From the NCBI GenBank assembly GCA_000708835.1, contig DF237001.1, positions 124,001-188,000 of the forward strand: 64,000 nt of DNA, read 5' to 3'. Origin of the DNA: Klebsormidium nitens. Its lineage: Eukaryota > Plantae > Klebsormidiophyceae. Each line of letters starts with the position of its first letter. Position 1 is the first letter of the stretch. Made by a program: the position numbers and the translations under genes. Of this stretch, positions 25,701 to 37,573 are shown piece by piece. The notes beneath the pieces were generated by a model. That model was not told where the DNA came from. It saw only the letters and a list, made by a program, of their open reading frames with translations, and made no database searches.

Positions 25701-27903
25701 AAACAACATGATACGTTTCCAAGGTGGTTTGAAGACTGTTCCACCGGCCTTCTCCTTCTTTTGAGACCTCTGTTCGGAGCAATCCGATTCGCTTCCGCTT
25801 CTCTACCCCCCTTAGCTTTGAGATGGACAGAAAATTCAGAGAATACCGGAACGGGTTTTATTCCGGCCTTTTGGTAGAGCGACCCACACTTTGGAAAACC
25901 CAAACCCCAAGACTTTAAAAAAGATTTTGCATGTTTTCCAGTTCGAAGCTGCGCCGGTACCGAGCCAAGATGGAGTCGCCCATGGAGGAGCTGAAAACTG
26001 CTGTTGAGGCCAACTCCTGTAACCTGAGATGTCCAACTCTCGGATATGAAATCACATATCTGTACCTTCCAGTTCGAAGCTGCGCCGGTCCCGTGCTGCG
26101 GTAGAGCCCCTTTTAGAGGAAGCGCTGGAAGAGTTGCGGTACCTTCAGGAGGTGGACTTGTCCTTGCAAGAGCTGGAGAGCTTTCAAAGGGAAGACGACT
26201 TGCGGGTGCTTGAAGAGGTGAGGTTGTGCGGTTTGGACTTTCCGGATGATGATTTTGTAAACTTGCGAGATTTGGATTCTAGGTTCTTGAGGTCCTTTTT
26301 TGTAATTTTCAGGTTGACTTTTCAGCTCTTTGAAAAACGGCGCTAGAGATGGTCACCTGCGCGGATTTTTGGAGCGGATTAGGCCTATGTGTCCAATATT
26401 TCATTGCACGCAGCTTGCCAAAGCTACTCAGAAAATAGACGGAGACTGAGCGTTCGACGATCTGCAGCTCATCCTGCCGATTCACTTCTCTCACAGCTTG
26501 ACCATGCACTGACCAGAACGGGTTTCAGCTCTGACTTCCGTTGCGAAGTGTCGTTTACTCGGCCAGCGCGGGATTCTGGTTAATCGCAGCTCTAAGAGTG
26601 GGAACCGAAGCCGGTACTCTGGCTTGCCTTCGAAGTCGTAAGCTGTTCTGTCGCTAACCCGGTGCGAAACCCACAAGGTTCGCGACGACTTGATCGAAGC
26701 AGGTTACGTCAAACACGTGTCCCTAACGGGGTGCGTTACCATTGTTCGTGGCAGGTTCGCGACGAGTTGATCGAAGCGGGTTACGTCAAACCTGTGCCGA
26801 CGGGAGGCCCTGTCTCCGGCAAGGGGAAGCGGAAGAAGAGCAGAGCACCAGGCAGTGCCGATTTGACGGCCAACATGCGCAAACTTAGCTCTCCAAGCGG
26901 TAGGTCTTTGTCACTCCGGTCGGAGACAAGGGCGAAATGGCATACTAATGCAAATGAGCTTTCCTTTTGAGCCACCGGACGGCCTCGTCAACCTCGTATG
27001 GCGCTGCCATCGGTGAATCTTCTTTGAAGTGGGTTTTTCCGGGCTTGTAATCAGGAACGCAATGAGTAATAAATCTTGTTTCAGTCACCGATCCGTTCCG
27101 TTTCCGTTTCCGCAGGGTTCGTCGTGCTAGTCGGCCGGAACAGCCGGCAGAACGACACGCTGACGCACCGAGTGGCCACGCAGTACGACCTGTGGTTCCA
27201 CGCCCAGGGGGTCCCCGGCAGTCACGTATCCTCCCCCCTGCTGCGAAAGAGCTGCATAACTCTCTGCAATGCGTCTTCGGCATCCTTCTCTTGTTTGCTT
27301 CTATCAATTGCTTCTGTGTGAGACACCTGGTTATCTGCACATCTGCTAATCCGATGTTTGACCGTCGTTTAGTTGGGTTTATTTGGCCAGTATCCTTTCT
27401 TGGATGCATTTCTTGACTCGCGCCCAGGTCTTGCTCCGAGTGCCCCCGGGGCAGTCCGCCGGGCAAGATGACATCGGCTTCGCAGCCGGCGTGGCCGCGT
27501 ACTATTCCAAGGCGAGCAAGCCTGACTTTAAACCCACAACTTTCAGACGCATTTCAACGTACTCAACAACCCAATCGCCTTTTTGTTGCTGCATTGGACA
27601 GGCCATCCGGAAAGTCTGCTCGCATCATTCGAAGAATCCTTGAATCTGCTCATATCGATGTATGTCTGAACGTTTGTCACACTTTGATTTTTGATTGAGG
27701 CGCGTGGACCGTAACATGATGATCCTTGCCTCGCCAAGCAGATGAAGGGCAACCACCGGGCTCCAGTGATCTATGTAGCACCCAAACACATTGGGCGCCC
27801 TCGGGGAGCGCGGCCCGGTTTAGTAACGGTCGAGAATGAGACTGTCGTTACTGGTGATGGTTCCACAGAGCCGCAAGGCGTGGAGCAGCCCGTTCCTGTT
27901 TGA
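19775..27903 (+). CDS. rqcH: Bacterial (cyanobacterial)-type NFACT protein RqcH/Rqc2/FbpA homolog with about 127-aa N-terminal extension (probable organellar targeting)
   Basis: 13 phase-consistent exons: 19775-20291, 21002-21241, 22239-22294, 22727-22885, 23362-23436, 23866-23969, 24463-24649, 25201-25442, 26073-26217, 26755-26899, 27116-27225, 27428-27511, 27742-27903. QPVDYTTL start of the conserved region, WHPVAAR, YVEVMGRYSNV, and NFACT-R motif VGRNSRQND...[14 protein letters not shown]...AAYYSK. Last intron is GC-AG. Confidence 0.92.
21543..21726. mobile_element. Quasi-palindromic MITE-like element, family A (RqcH intron 2)
   Basis: Imperfect inverted arms (acggaagggcggagaacg.ggac versus gtccctgtctgccctttttccgt; gacccctcc...gatcgatggtc versus gaccgtcgatt...agggggtcc); second copy at 14598-14737. 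Confidence 0.65.
21730..22068. mobile_element. MITE with long (about 85 bp) terminal inverted repeats, abutting the family A element
   Basis: cagaacccgtggaaggagaacgtggactacagtttccattttggacccccacaccgct...gagg (21730-21818) is the near-perfect reverse complement of cctgagg...agcggtatgggggtctaaaatggaaactgcagtccacgttctccttccacgggttctg (about 21982-22064). No coding capacity inside. TSD ambiguous. Confidence 0.8.
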
Positions 27904-29433
27904 CACTAGCATCGAGTTCTGGCGCGCAACGAGGTGGTATGACGTATCTTGCGACAATTGCTAGCCTGAACGCGGTAATGACTGCCAGGTATTGTATCAT
28001 GTGCTGTGGGACAAGTCGATGTTCACACTGCGCATTGCGGTTTTCCGAGTAAAGTCATTGCCGTCCAAGTTGCATCTCCGGCTTGCAGATGGCATGCCTG
28101 CACCAATCGAAGTCGGATATACGCTTCTAGCTAGCAGGAATCTGTTATGTGAATCGCTGGCAGATGATATTACGATGCTGTTTATCCGATCCTATAAGCT
28201 CGATTTAAGCTTGGCGCCCAGAAGAGACGCCCGACGCTTGAATATGACCCGACAACCGGCCTTACGTCTTGGTGAGCATGCATGTGCGCCGGGTGGAACT
28301 TGGGAACATGCCCGGTCGCGGTCGTGCCAACATCATTCGCAGGGATGCCCTGAGCAAGCGCTTATACAAGTAGCCTTGAAGCCCGGCCTCGTCATCAAAT
28401 TACAACTTTCAAAAAAGAGGGCGGCCTCAGGCGACTGTCTTAGCTAGCCAGCACTGGCCAGGCAGTCGGACAAATTCGAGGAAACGGTCCGTGGATCCTC
28501 AACCAAATACTATGTGTAATACAATCTTAAGGAAACAATCAGATGATTGGCATCTAGGCGCCAGCTCGAGGAACATGACATGATGCATACGTATAGTACC
28601 CTACCTCCTTGTGGCGGGGCTCAGCCAATAATGCAGGCCACTGAGAACCAGGATTTCGAGGCTCAGGCCGCTGCATCAATGCCAGCATATCAAGTCTCTC
28701 ATTCATGGCCCGCACTGAAGAAAGACTCCGGGGCTGATTTTGCATGGGTGTCTAGCTGTTTACTGGATCGAGTCGAGCGTATTATCAATCAGGCACGCTG
28801 ATCCACTCGTAACCTCGTATATTCTGTGTTGCACATGTAGGACGGAGCTTGGGCTAACTTGACACATTGCAAAAGCTGCCCATCATCATATCCTACTCTA
28901 TCAGGCGCGGCCGAGCATAGATTCGTATGTGAATTCGGAATGCAGGGTGCTACGGCTCATTTGATAGACGTTGTATACGTACACTTTCGAGAAGCGTCGG
29001 TCTATTCAAATCCAATCCTCGATAACACTTTAAATTCGAACTCAGTTTGCGCGTGCATATCAATCAGAGTCTGAATAGACTCGCTCTCTGCGATGAGGTC
29101 ACTAGCTTTCTAGAGGTACAACTCGTCTGTATCTTGCGCGGCGCGGTAAAGAAGAGAATACCTTAAAGGCGTACAAACCCAAACCGTCACTAATCCGTTG
29201 TTAACGCAGCACTTTTTGTGGTGCTTTTTCCTGGCCCGCTGAGTCCATACGGACTGCTCTGCTAAAAGCAGACTGACGTCTCCCTCAAACCCCTGACGTC
29301 AGCCATGTAACCCGCAAACAAAACTGGCTGTATAGCCTTTCACTCTTGGAACCAAAACTGACGTTATTCCAACCCTCCATATGCACGAGACTGGCCTCAG
29401 AACTTGTTAACTCAGAAGACGACTGCTGCTCTC

Positions 29434-31383
29434 TTACAAGCAGGGGCTAGCCGGGCAGAGCCCTCCGCAGCTGACGTAATAGTCGGCGAGCCAGCCGACA
29501 GTGCCGTCAGCAGCCTTGCCGTACAGCCAGCGGGCGTCTCCGTTGATGCTCTGACCGTTGGAGTAGCAGTAGATGTTGAAGTTGGTGCCCCTGGGGAGGG
29601 TCTTGATGACGGGGCAGCAGCAGTTGTTGGCGCAGTAAGTGCTGGGTCTGCAGAAGTCTGCAGAAAAAGGAACTAAGAGGTAAGTATGAGGAGGGGACGG
29701 CAGGAGGGGACGGGGGAGAATGCTTCCACTTTTTCTTAGAACAAGGACCGTAGAGCAATTTTGGGTGAGTGAGTGAGCGAGCGAGCTGCGAAGTGGTCAG
29801 ATACGAAAGAATGAGAGATCATGTGACAAGAACAGCTGATATCATTGCGGATACGAAGATGAAGCAACCTGTCAATGTAGCAAATTGGTAAACGTGAAGG
29901 GAAGGATGAACAGTGCAAAAAAGCGATGGGACATTCAGCACTTCACCGGAATCAAGAAAGTTTTCATTGCGCAGGCGCTACCAGTCACTCATCTAAATCG
30001 CAAGATTCCAGGCTATGGGAACACACTTGCAGCCTTCAGAACAAGAGCATAGTCTGGCGAACTTTGAACAAACCATTCGACCCGAACGCTGGAGAGACTG
30101 TGCAGAACGCTTCCCAATTCCAGAGACCCATTTCTTGCTTAAGTTGCTTACATGCAGTCACATGTTTGTACTTTGGAATTTCAAGTCAATCAGAAAGCTG
30201 CCTCCTTCTGTCTTAGAGTTCAGAAGCCACAGAGTCTAACGTGATCGCAAAACTGATTGGGCAATCTGATCAAACTTCTCCACTTGTGCCTTGATAATCT
30301 AAGAGTGCCAGCGTGTCTTTGCAAAAGAAAGATAACTACAAACGAACAACAAAAGCGAACAACTTCATGAGTGACCAAGCTTTGAATTGCTAGGAAAAGT
30401 ACCACAGACATTATGTCCAGGAAGTCGTGAAGGACAAGATAATCTGTTTCTTTCAAGCTGGAGAATAACAACGCCTTAAGCCAGAAGGCCGGTCAAGTCT
30501 GACAGGAGGCATGACGAGATGGCCTCATTCTTAACAATCAGCTGTAGTGAGCCTGTCCTACACTTCACAATTAGGACTTGTGAAACAGATTCATGAAGCT
30601 GGCTTACTGTCAGAGTCGCCGCATCTGCGGATGTTAGTGTTGTCATTGAGAGTGTAGGCCTCCGCAGCCACCAAAAAGCAAGCCAAAATGACCAGTGCCA
30701 CCAGGGACGCCAGCCTGCATAAAGCATCGGACACACATCAGTTCAGCTTGTCAAGAAACAAGAAAATAAGGCCGTCACAGACCAAAGAAGGGACTTCTTT
30801 CCACAAGGGGTTGAAAGGGCTTTTGCTCGTGAGAGAAGAGGAGGAAAAGAGTCGACAGCAATGAGAGATTGCTTTACTTAGTGTAGTTGCTTGATGTCCA
30901 CTAATACAGCTGAAGTGCAAAGGAAGAGCTGGCGCACTGAGGCAGCGTATGCAAGTGTTGTCAGGAGAAGCTTGTACGTGTAAGTCACTGAGGCTTCTGT
31001 CGGTGAGAAGCAGATTCAGACCTGGTGATGTAATACCTATGCACACCACTTTCTATCCTTAGAGAACTGAGTCAGATGAAGTATACCATAATTGAGAAGG
31101 CTTTTCCCAAACTTTTGCTGGTCAAGAAAGAAGTTTCGTGGAAGTTAGACTGCATGAACCATCAGTAACAACGCAGGAACGGAGCTGACAGCAGCTGGCA
31201 GTACTTCAAAGTTCTCATTTATGATCCAGCAATCATATGTGCATTTTTCCATTTTAAAAGGCTGTGGCTGCGCAGATGAACGTGCTGGGAGAAATGAGCA
31301 AATGGACAGCAGCTTGACAATCGATTAGTGCAATGCCGCTGTCATCAATTGAGTGCTTACTTGGAGGAAGAAGAGCGAGCCAT
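29434..31383 (-). CDS. 117-aa secreted cysteine-rich protein consisting of one SH3b-like (bacterial/fungal SH3) domain
   Basis: Exons 31383-31361 (accaccATGG context, GTAAGC donor), 30714-30608 and 29657-29434 join in phase: MARSSSSKLASLVALVILACFLVAAEA/YTLNDNTNIRRCGDSDNFCRPSTYCANNCCCPVIKTLPRGTNFNIYCYSNGQSINGDARWLYGKAADGTVGWLADYYVSCGGLCPASPCL. Hydrophobic signal peptide ending AEA; C/G-ending codon bias. The SH3b call is from recalled motifs. Confidence 0.82.
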
Positions 31384-33095
31384 GGTGGTTGTGTTGCTTC
31401 AAGTACCTCGGCGCCTGTGGAGCGGAGTGAGTAGAAGTGGGTAACTTGCTCTGCTTGAAGGAGGCAACCTTGAACCGATACTGAAAGGACAGGCTTGCTT
31501 CGACTTTGCTTGTGGGGATTGCAATAAGAACGCGCTTCCACTTCGAACAAAGGCACCTGTGTATCACTGTATGAGCTAGCCTTTAGGTCCTAGTCAAGAC
31601 CTGAGCATGGAAAGGCTCGAGTTCGGAGAAGTCGGCATCTCTACGGTTCTCAGTTGACAATCCGCAAGCAGTGAGCAGTGAGCACCGTGACCGAGCACAT
31701 GAGCCTTGAGCTACCAATCATTGATTGGATGCCGGCATAAAAGGAGGAATATTCGAGCTGCCGCAAGTTGCGGACTCCCTTAGTCTCCAGTGCCACTTTT
31801 GCACATCATTTGGCACCATCTGAGGAGGACATGTGGCAAAAATCATCGGGATGATGCGGCTTACTAAAAAGATTCTGTAAGATTTAATAATTGCCAAGGA
31901 TAAGGGTCATGATTGATGTGGTCACCTGGCGATCTGCAAATTGGCTTTTAATAGGTTTGTTCAAGCTTCAAGCTAACCAGGCTAGTCAAGAGGTGGCATA
32001 GGTATTATATATAACACTTGTAACCCGGCTGGTCATCCTGGGGTACCTAACCTCGTCCACTTTAACTAAAGAACCTAACCCAGGATCTCATACGCTCCGC
32101 ACTCCTCCTGATAACTAGAGACACATAGAGACACAAGAGACAAGCTGAGCCGAGTCGACGAGTTCCCCGAGATTAATAGACAAGGGGCTCATTGGCCAAC
32201 GCATCGCTTTGTATTGATATCGTTACTGTTATTGATATTATAGGGACCTGTCGCACAGACTCGTCGCCAAGAAGGTCACTTTTCATATGCACGCTCCATG
32301 CTCTCTCTGCTGTGACAGTTGCGTATAACATGTCCCTACCTGACCCATCATAACGCCGCTGCAACCAAGCAGGTTTTATGTAGGATTAACTGCATTATGC
32401 TGAATGCATTCAAACAAGATCATGATTGTAGTACTGTACTTTCATGGATGAAGTCACATGGTATTCTATATAGCATCGACCGAACTTCGCTGCAAATATG
32501 GATTAATTATCGCGGATGCGCGAAGCTATATATCCTTCCGATAAGATGCATGTGCATCGGATCCAACTTATCCATACGATCAGACTGACGTGGTTTGCAG
32601 AGCATAGTGGTCTCCAAAATCAACTTCATGCACCCACAAGCCAGAGTTGAAATTGTTAAAGTGCTTGAAATGCATTGTGCAATCGCAAATTCAATGCATT
32701 CAGGACTCCGCTTCGTACTTCCTTAGCTTCACAAGCATTCGACCAAAGTGGAAGTGGCTGGAGGAGAACGAATTGGCGGGCGCCAAATATATGATAACTG
32801 CATTAGACATCTGCTCATCATGCAACACTTCAGGACAAGCAATCAGGAAGTGGTAGATGCAATTCCGCCTAAATGGAGGGGTCTGAAAAGTTGTTGAAAA
32901 GCAAAAACCTGGAACAGATGCTGCTAATCTCAATTGCGGAATTTTGACTAGAACGAGGAGCAAAATATTTTACACTCATGCGGAACTATTGCTCAATATC
33001 ACAATCTGCTACTGATTGTCACGACTGCTCGTCGCCAAAGCTGGCGGGGATTGACGGACAAAAAGCTTTCATTTGTGCAGGAAAGGCCTGAATGC

Positions 33096-36000
33096 TCATT
33101 GCAACCATCCAATTTTGAAGAGCGCCTCTCCGGTAAGTGCCTCGATGATAATGAGAGAAACAAACCCTAGCATAGCGAAGCGACCGTTTACTCGTTCCGC
33201 AAAAGAATTGAAGGGACCGAACGGCTTGCTAGGCCGTGTGAGCCCGTCGTCCTCCATCTCGTTTGCTCCTGGTGCATACGAGCTCAGCATGATGACCACG
33301 ATGGTCAGCGGTATGAGCATAACTTGAAGACCTGCAAGCAGAGAGAGCATTGAGGAGACCGTTGGAGGAGACGCCTAAAGAGAAATCGGAACCTAAGAGG
33401 AATTTGGGGTGACGTCAAGAGCCTGGCTTCCAAGCTCTGAGCACGAAAACCGAGGACTAACGGTTCAGATATACGACTACGGTTTTGAACACCCTCAAGC
33501 TCCTGGTTGAGGGACCCCTTCAGAAAACGTTTAGATGCAAGCTTGGACGAGCACACTTGTGTTGAAGAGGATCAGCGCGACGAAGAACCATTCTCCTATC
33601 AAGCTTGCGCAGTTAAGGGGGTTCCTTCACAACAGCTCAATCCTCGTCCACGTAGGCCCGAACGCGCTCACAAATCAAGTAGCGGGAGATGCAAGTGACT
33701 TGCAAAGAGAGCCTCCGTTACAAAAGAAGACTTCGTACGTGCAGAGCCGTGCGAGCGTACAGAAACACTACCCAGTTTAGAACGGGTGGCCCACACAATT
33801 GCTCATTGCCGTCAATCGACACCTACGGAAGTGGTCCTTTGGATCGCAGTTGAGGAGCGCTTAGTGGATGGTTACGAGCTTTCAACGTGCCGGTTCTGGA
33901 AGCCAGCTCAGAGGTTGTCTCGTAGCAGATTCCTGAATGTTCCCTAATGTTCCCTCACGGCATTCCTAACCACCCTGACTATGTTCTCACAGACATGTTC
34001 CGAAGACCATAAAGAGCGACAGCAACGACCGGAACAGACTCTCGGAACATACTCTTGATCAACTCTAAGATGCCGTCGGCCTGCAACTCGGTCAAGGGCA
34101 CTCCTAACGTTTTTTCCGGGCGGTCTCACCTCCCTGGTAGGTGAGCTGCTCCCACACGCTTCGCCCGGTAGTTAGCTCGTTGAACAGGGCCGCCACAAAG
34201 CCCACCATTGCACAGCGGCCGTTGATCATCTCGGGATTTAGACCGCTCTGCGAAGAAAAAGTCCCTTCCTCGTCAGACCACCCATACCTAAGCGCATGAA
34301 GGCAAACCTGCCCTCGCAAAACACATATTGCCTTGAATATCACGGGATTGAACAAGTCCAAAGACAAGGATGAGGAAAAGGCGAGAGAGCCAAATATCGA
34401 GAACACCAATTCTGGCAGCAAAAGATACGGCGGCAAACAGTGTGCGACATGTCAGCACCCTCACCGTGATGAACGAAAACCCCTCTCCCACCTCGCCATA
34501 GTATGCGGCGCGCCTCTGCCGCTTAATCTGCAACAAGAAGAACGGGAGGAATGAATTATGGATTGCAACGAGTTATTTGCTGTAAGTTTGGGTACGGAGT
34601 GAAGTCGAAGGAGCCTTGGTTTAGGTCGATTCGTCGAACTGCTGTACGGATTAATGCGGAGCTCAGCCGCTCACCTTGCGCTGCAACAAAACCGGCCAGG
34701 GTGACTCCCCAGGTGAACGAGAGGGCCAATGGGGAATGAGCCCGACAGAATGATCTGATGGAAAAGGCAGCTTTCTTCTGAGGCAGGCTGACCTTGATGC
34801 AGTGAATGCAACAGATGCGACACAGCACAATTGTAAATCAGTGTTTCTCGCGTTCAAAAATGCTACATGGAGGAAACTGAACGGTTGCTTGTCTGATATA
34901 CCTTCAAGCCCGTCAAAGTGCACGTCTCTACAGACGTCAAATAGGATCGCTGATCGCCTTCACAGACCTAAAGCTAAAGTTCTCAGATTCGACGATCTAA
35001 AATAACTTCAGTACCTGTCCTACAGGAGTCTTGCAGCGACTCAGACTGATTTTTCTGACGTGATGATGTATTTCTGCCGCACACTCAAGTAGCAAAATCA
35101 AGACGACCAAGTCAGCCTAGGGTGAAGCCTGCATCTACCTATGTGTAGATCGCTCAAGCAAATGTTGGCATCAACTTAGGGCGACTTTCAAAACCCAAGT
35201 CTTCCACACTCGTATGACAGGTGATCGGGCAGTGGTAAGTGCAAAGAGTTGAGACGATATCGCACCTGCCTAATCCTCGCCCTGATTCTTCTAGACTGCT
35301 CCAGCAGCTCCTCTCGCGTCACCTCCCGCTGCGGGCCCCGCCTGGCCCTCCAGTCTCTCCCGCTTGAGTACCCGTCTTCTTCAAATGGCTGATCCGGTGG
35401 GGGGGGAGCATTCGGTGGTGGCCCCCAATTTTCAGGATTTTGGCGTGGCCTATTTGGAGGGGGGGTAGAATAGGGAGAATCCTGTTGTGCGTCTGTGTTT
35501 GGGGGTGGGGGGGCTTGACGGGGGTCAGGCTGAGGGGGTATCCGGATGCGAGGGTCTTGGCGCCGTTGCCGGTTTCTGCCCTGGAAAAGGAGGAGGGGCA
35601 CTCGATTGGCTTGTTGTAACGTGCACCAGTAAAATAGATGGTATACAGATATTGTGTGAGGTTCGGCGGCATTGGTTGTCGATTGCTCAACCGGAGGCAG
35701 ATGCGTCAATTCAGCAAAGCCGCTGGCCTGGCAGAGCTACTGCCACTCACAGCGAAATTGTAGAACTCTATACGGACCATTTCTGTCGGAAGCAATTGGG
35801 CAGAAACAGCAACCTGCAGTCACCTAAGAAGTTGCGACAACTTTCTGTATGGCTGCTTTTGAAGTATTGTTACTGCAATCTAACACGAGTTTCAAGAACC
35901 ACCTGGGGGCTTGTTACTTGTATCGCATCAAGATATGAAGAAAGGGCTTTAATCTTAGACCTGAACTGCTGGTTATGCAGGGAAGGCGTGCAGTGTAAGC

Positions 36001-36629
36001 CCCCGGCAAATCCTTGCCTGCTCTTCGTAGCTCAACTTCAAGTCGAGCTATACTTGAAAAGTCAAGCAAAAACCAGGGACGTTTCTGCGCAAGAATGGCG
36101 CACTTACATAAACAGTGCCACTTTGCTGCAGTTTCTTTCAAAGACAGAGCCTCATCTGGTTCTGAGACAGGGACGTTTTTGGCCCAGCAGTATTTTCACA
36201 GAAGTTGGCCTAATCTCCAAGCTGAAAGCAATTGCTCAACACCATCCATCATTTGCAATCTTATTCAAGTTTGTACAAGATAGAAGTTGTGCAACTGTTT
36301 GGACAGCGTGATCCTTGAGCAACGATTCCGTTCAATAAGAGCACACAGAACGTCTAAACCAAGTCGTAAACAGATTTTGACATGCTTACCCAGAGGGCTT
36401 CACAAAGCAATGTCTGTCCCTTTCTCCTGCTTGGGACGCCTTTCAATTGTTCGTTAATGAGTGGTGCGAAGCGCGGAGCAATCAAAGACTGTAAAGCGCT
36501 TTGAAAATCTCGGACAAGAATTGGTGCTCGAATCCTGTGAGATTGCAGGTTTGCAATTTGATTTGATATATGTACCGAGCGGCATTGCGTGCCAAACTTC
36601 AAATCACCGATGTGCGCCACCGCTTCCAT
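33096..36629 (-). CDS. ELIP: ELIP-type three-helix LHC-family protein with long Pro/Arg-rich N-terminal extension; one internal junction uncertain
   Basis: Exons 36629-36390 (transit-peptide-like), 35580-35266 (Pro-rich), 34527-34465 or 34492, about 34308/34287-34130 (LNPEMINGRCAMVGFVAALFNELTTG) and 33331-33096 (AERVNGRFAMLGFVSLIIIEALTGEALF). Two E-x-x-N-G-R-x-A-M LHC motifs. Confidence 0.75.
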
Positions 36630-37573
36630 CGTTGTCTTGATGGTGAGCTTTTTGGATGTCGATGCAATGCCAATCAAATCAACCTTGTTGTAGCATGAGC
36701 ATGGGGACCAGGCACTCCAAAAGCACTACCAAGGACACTTGTGGCGCTCCACTGCCACTGAATTCCACCTGGATTCCTGCTCCACAGCCTGGACAACAAA
36801 AGTCACGTACACCAGCTTGCCTGCATGCTGCTGCAGAGTCCCGCGGACCCATGGGAAAACGATATCTAGGGCCGGGAGTCTTCCCACCCAAGTTCGCGAG
36901 GTGACCATAAAACCATTTTCGGCCTTACCATTACCGTATCGCCTGAGTGACTTGTCGCTTTCCCCTTTTCCAGAAAACGCAGACAAGGGGTCTCGGCTCA
37001 GATTCTTCCACGTCGCCTATTCCTCGCGCTACGTGTCGGGCATCGAGAGCTCTTTTCTAAAAACCGTCGATCGTATCTCATCGACGATGCTAAAGTGGTA
37101 CTGCATCTGCCACATGGCTCTTTCCCAAGATTCCGAAGAAGATATCCGAGCTCTGCTTTTCAATCTCCTCGCTCAGAATGGGCCACGACAGTTGGCGACA
37201 TGGCGGAAGCGCGACGTTGCGATGCTCGCAGCCAACAAGTGAGCAGCCAGATGGCGTTTCACCTCCGCTCTGTGGCCTAGAGGCTAGGACGAGTATGGCT
37301 ATGGCCATCAGTGCTCAACCGTCTCTTGCCGCATTCTGTTCTGCACGTTCCACTGGGCCAGCTTGCCGAATCTGCTCATCAGTATTCTCTGCAATCAGGA
37401 TACAAATACCAATCCTCGAAGCTCCATTCCCTTAGATCACATCAAAGCTCACACATCAGGATCAATCAAAACTTGACCACCACCTCCATCAAACCCAGAG
37501 ACGCTTCCAATTGCAACTCCCACGAACTATCGTCAATCACTGTCAGTTCCCGTCAAAGCTCAAAGAAAGTAAA

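Noticed and set aside
27992-28801. ORFs of 151 aa and 84 aa downstream of rqcH
   Set aside because: No motifs, codon bias or spliced continuation that I could support.
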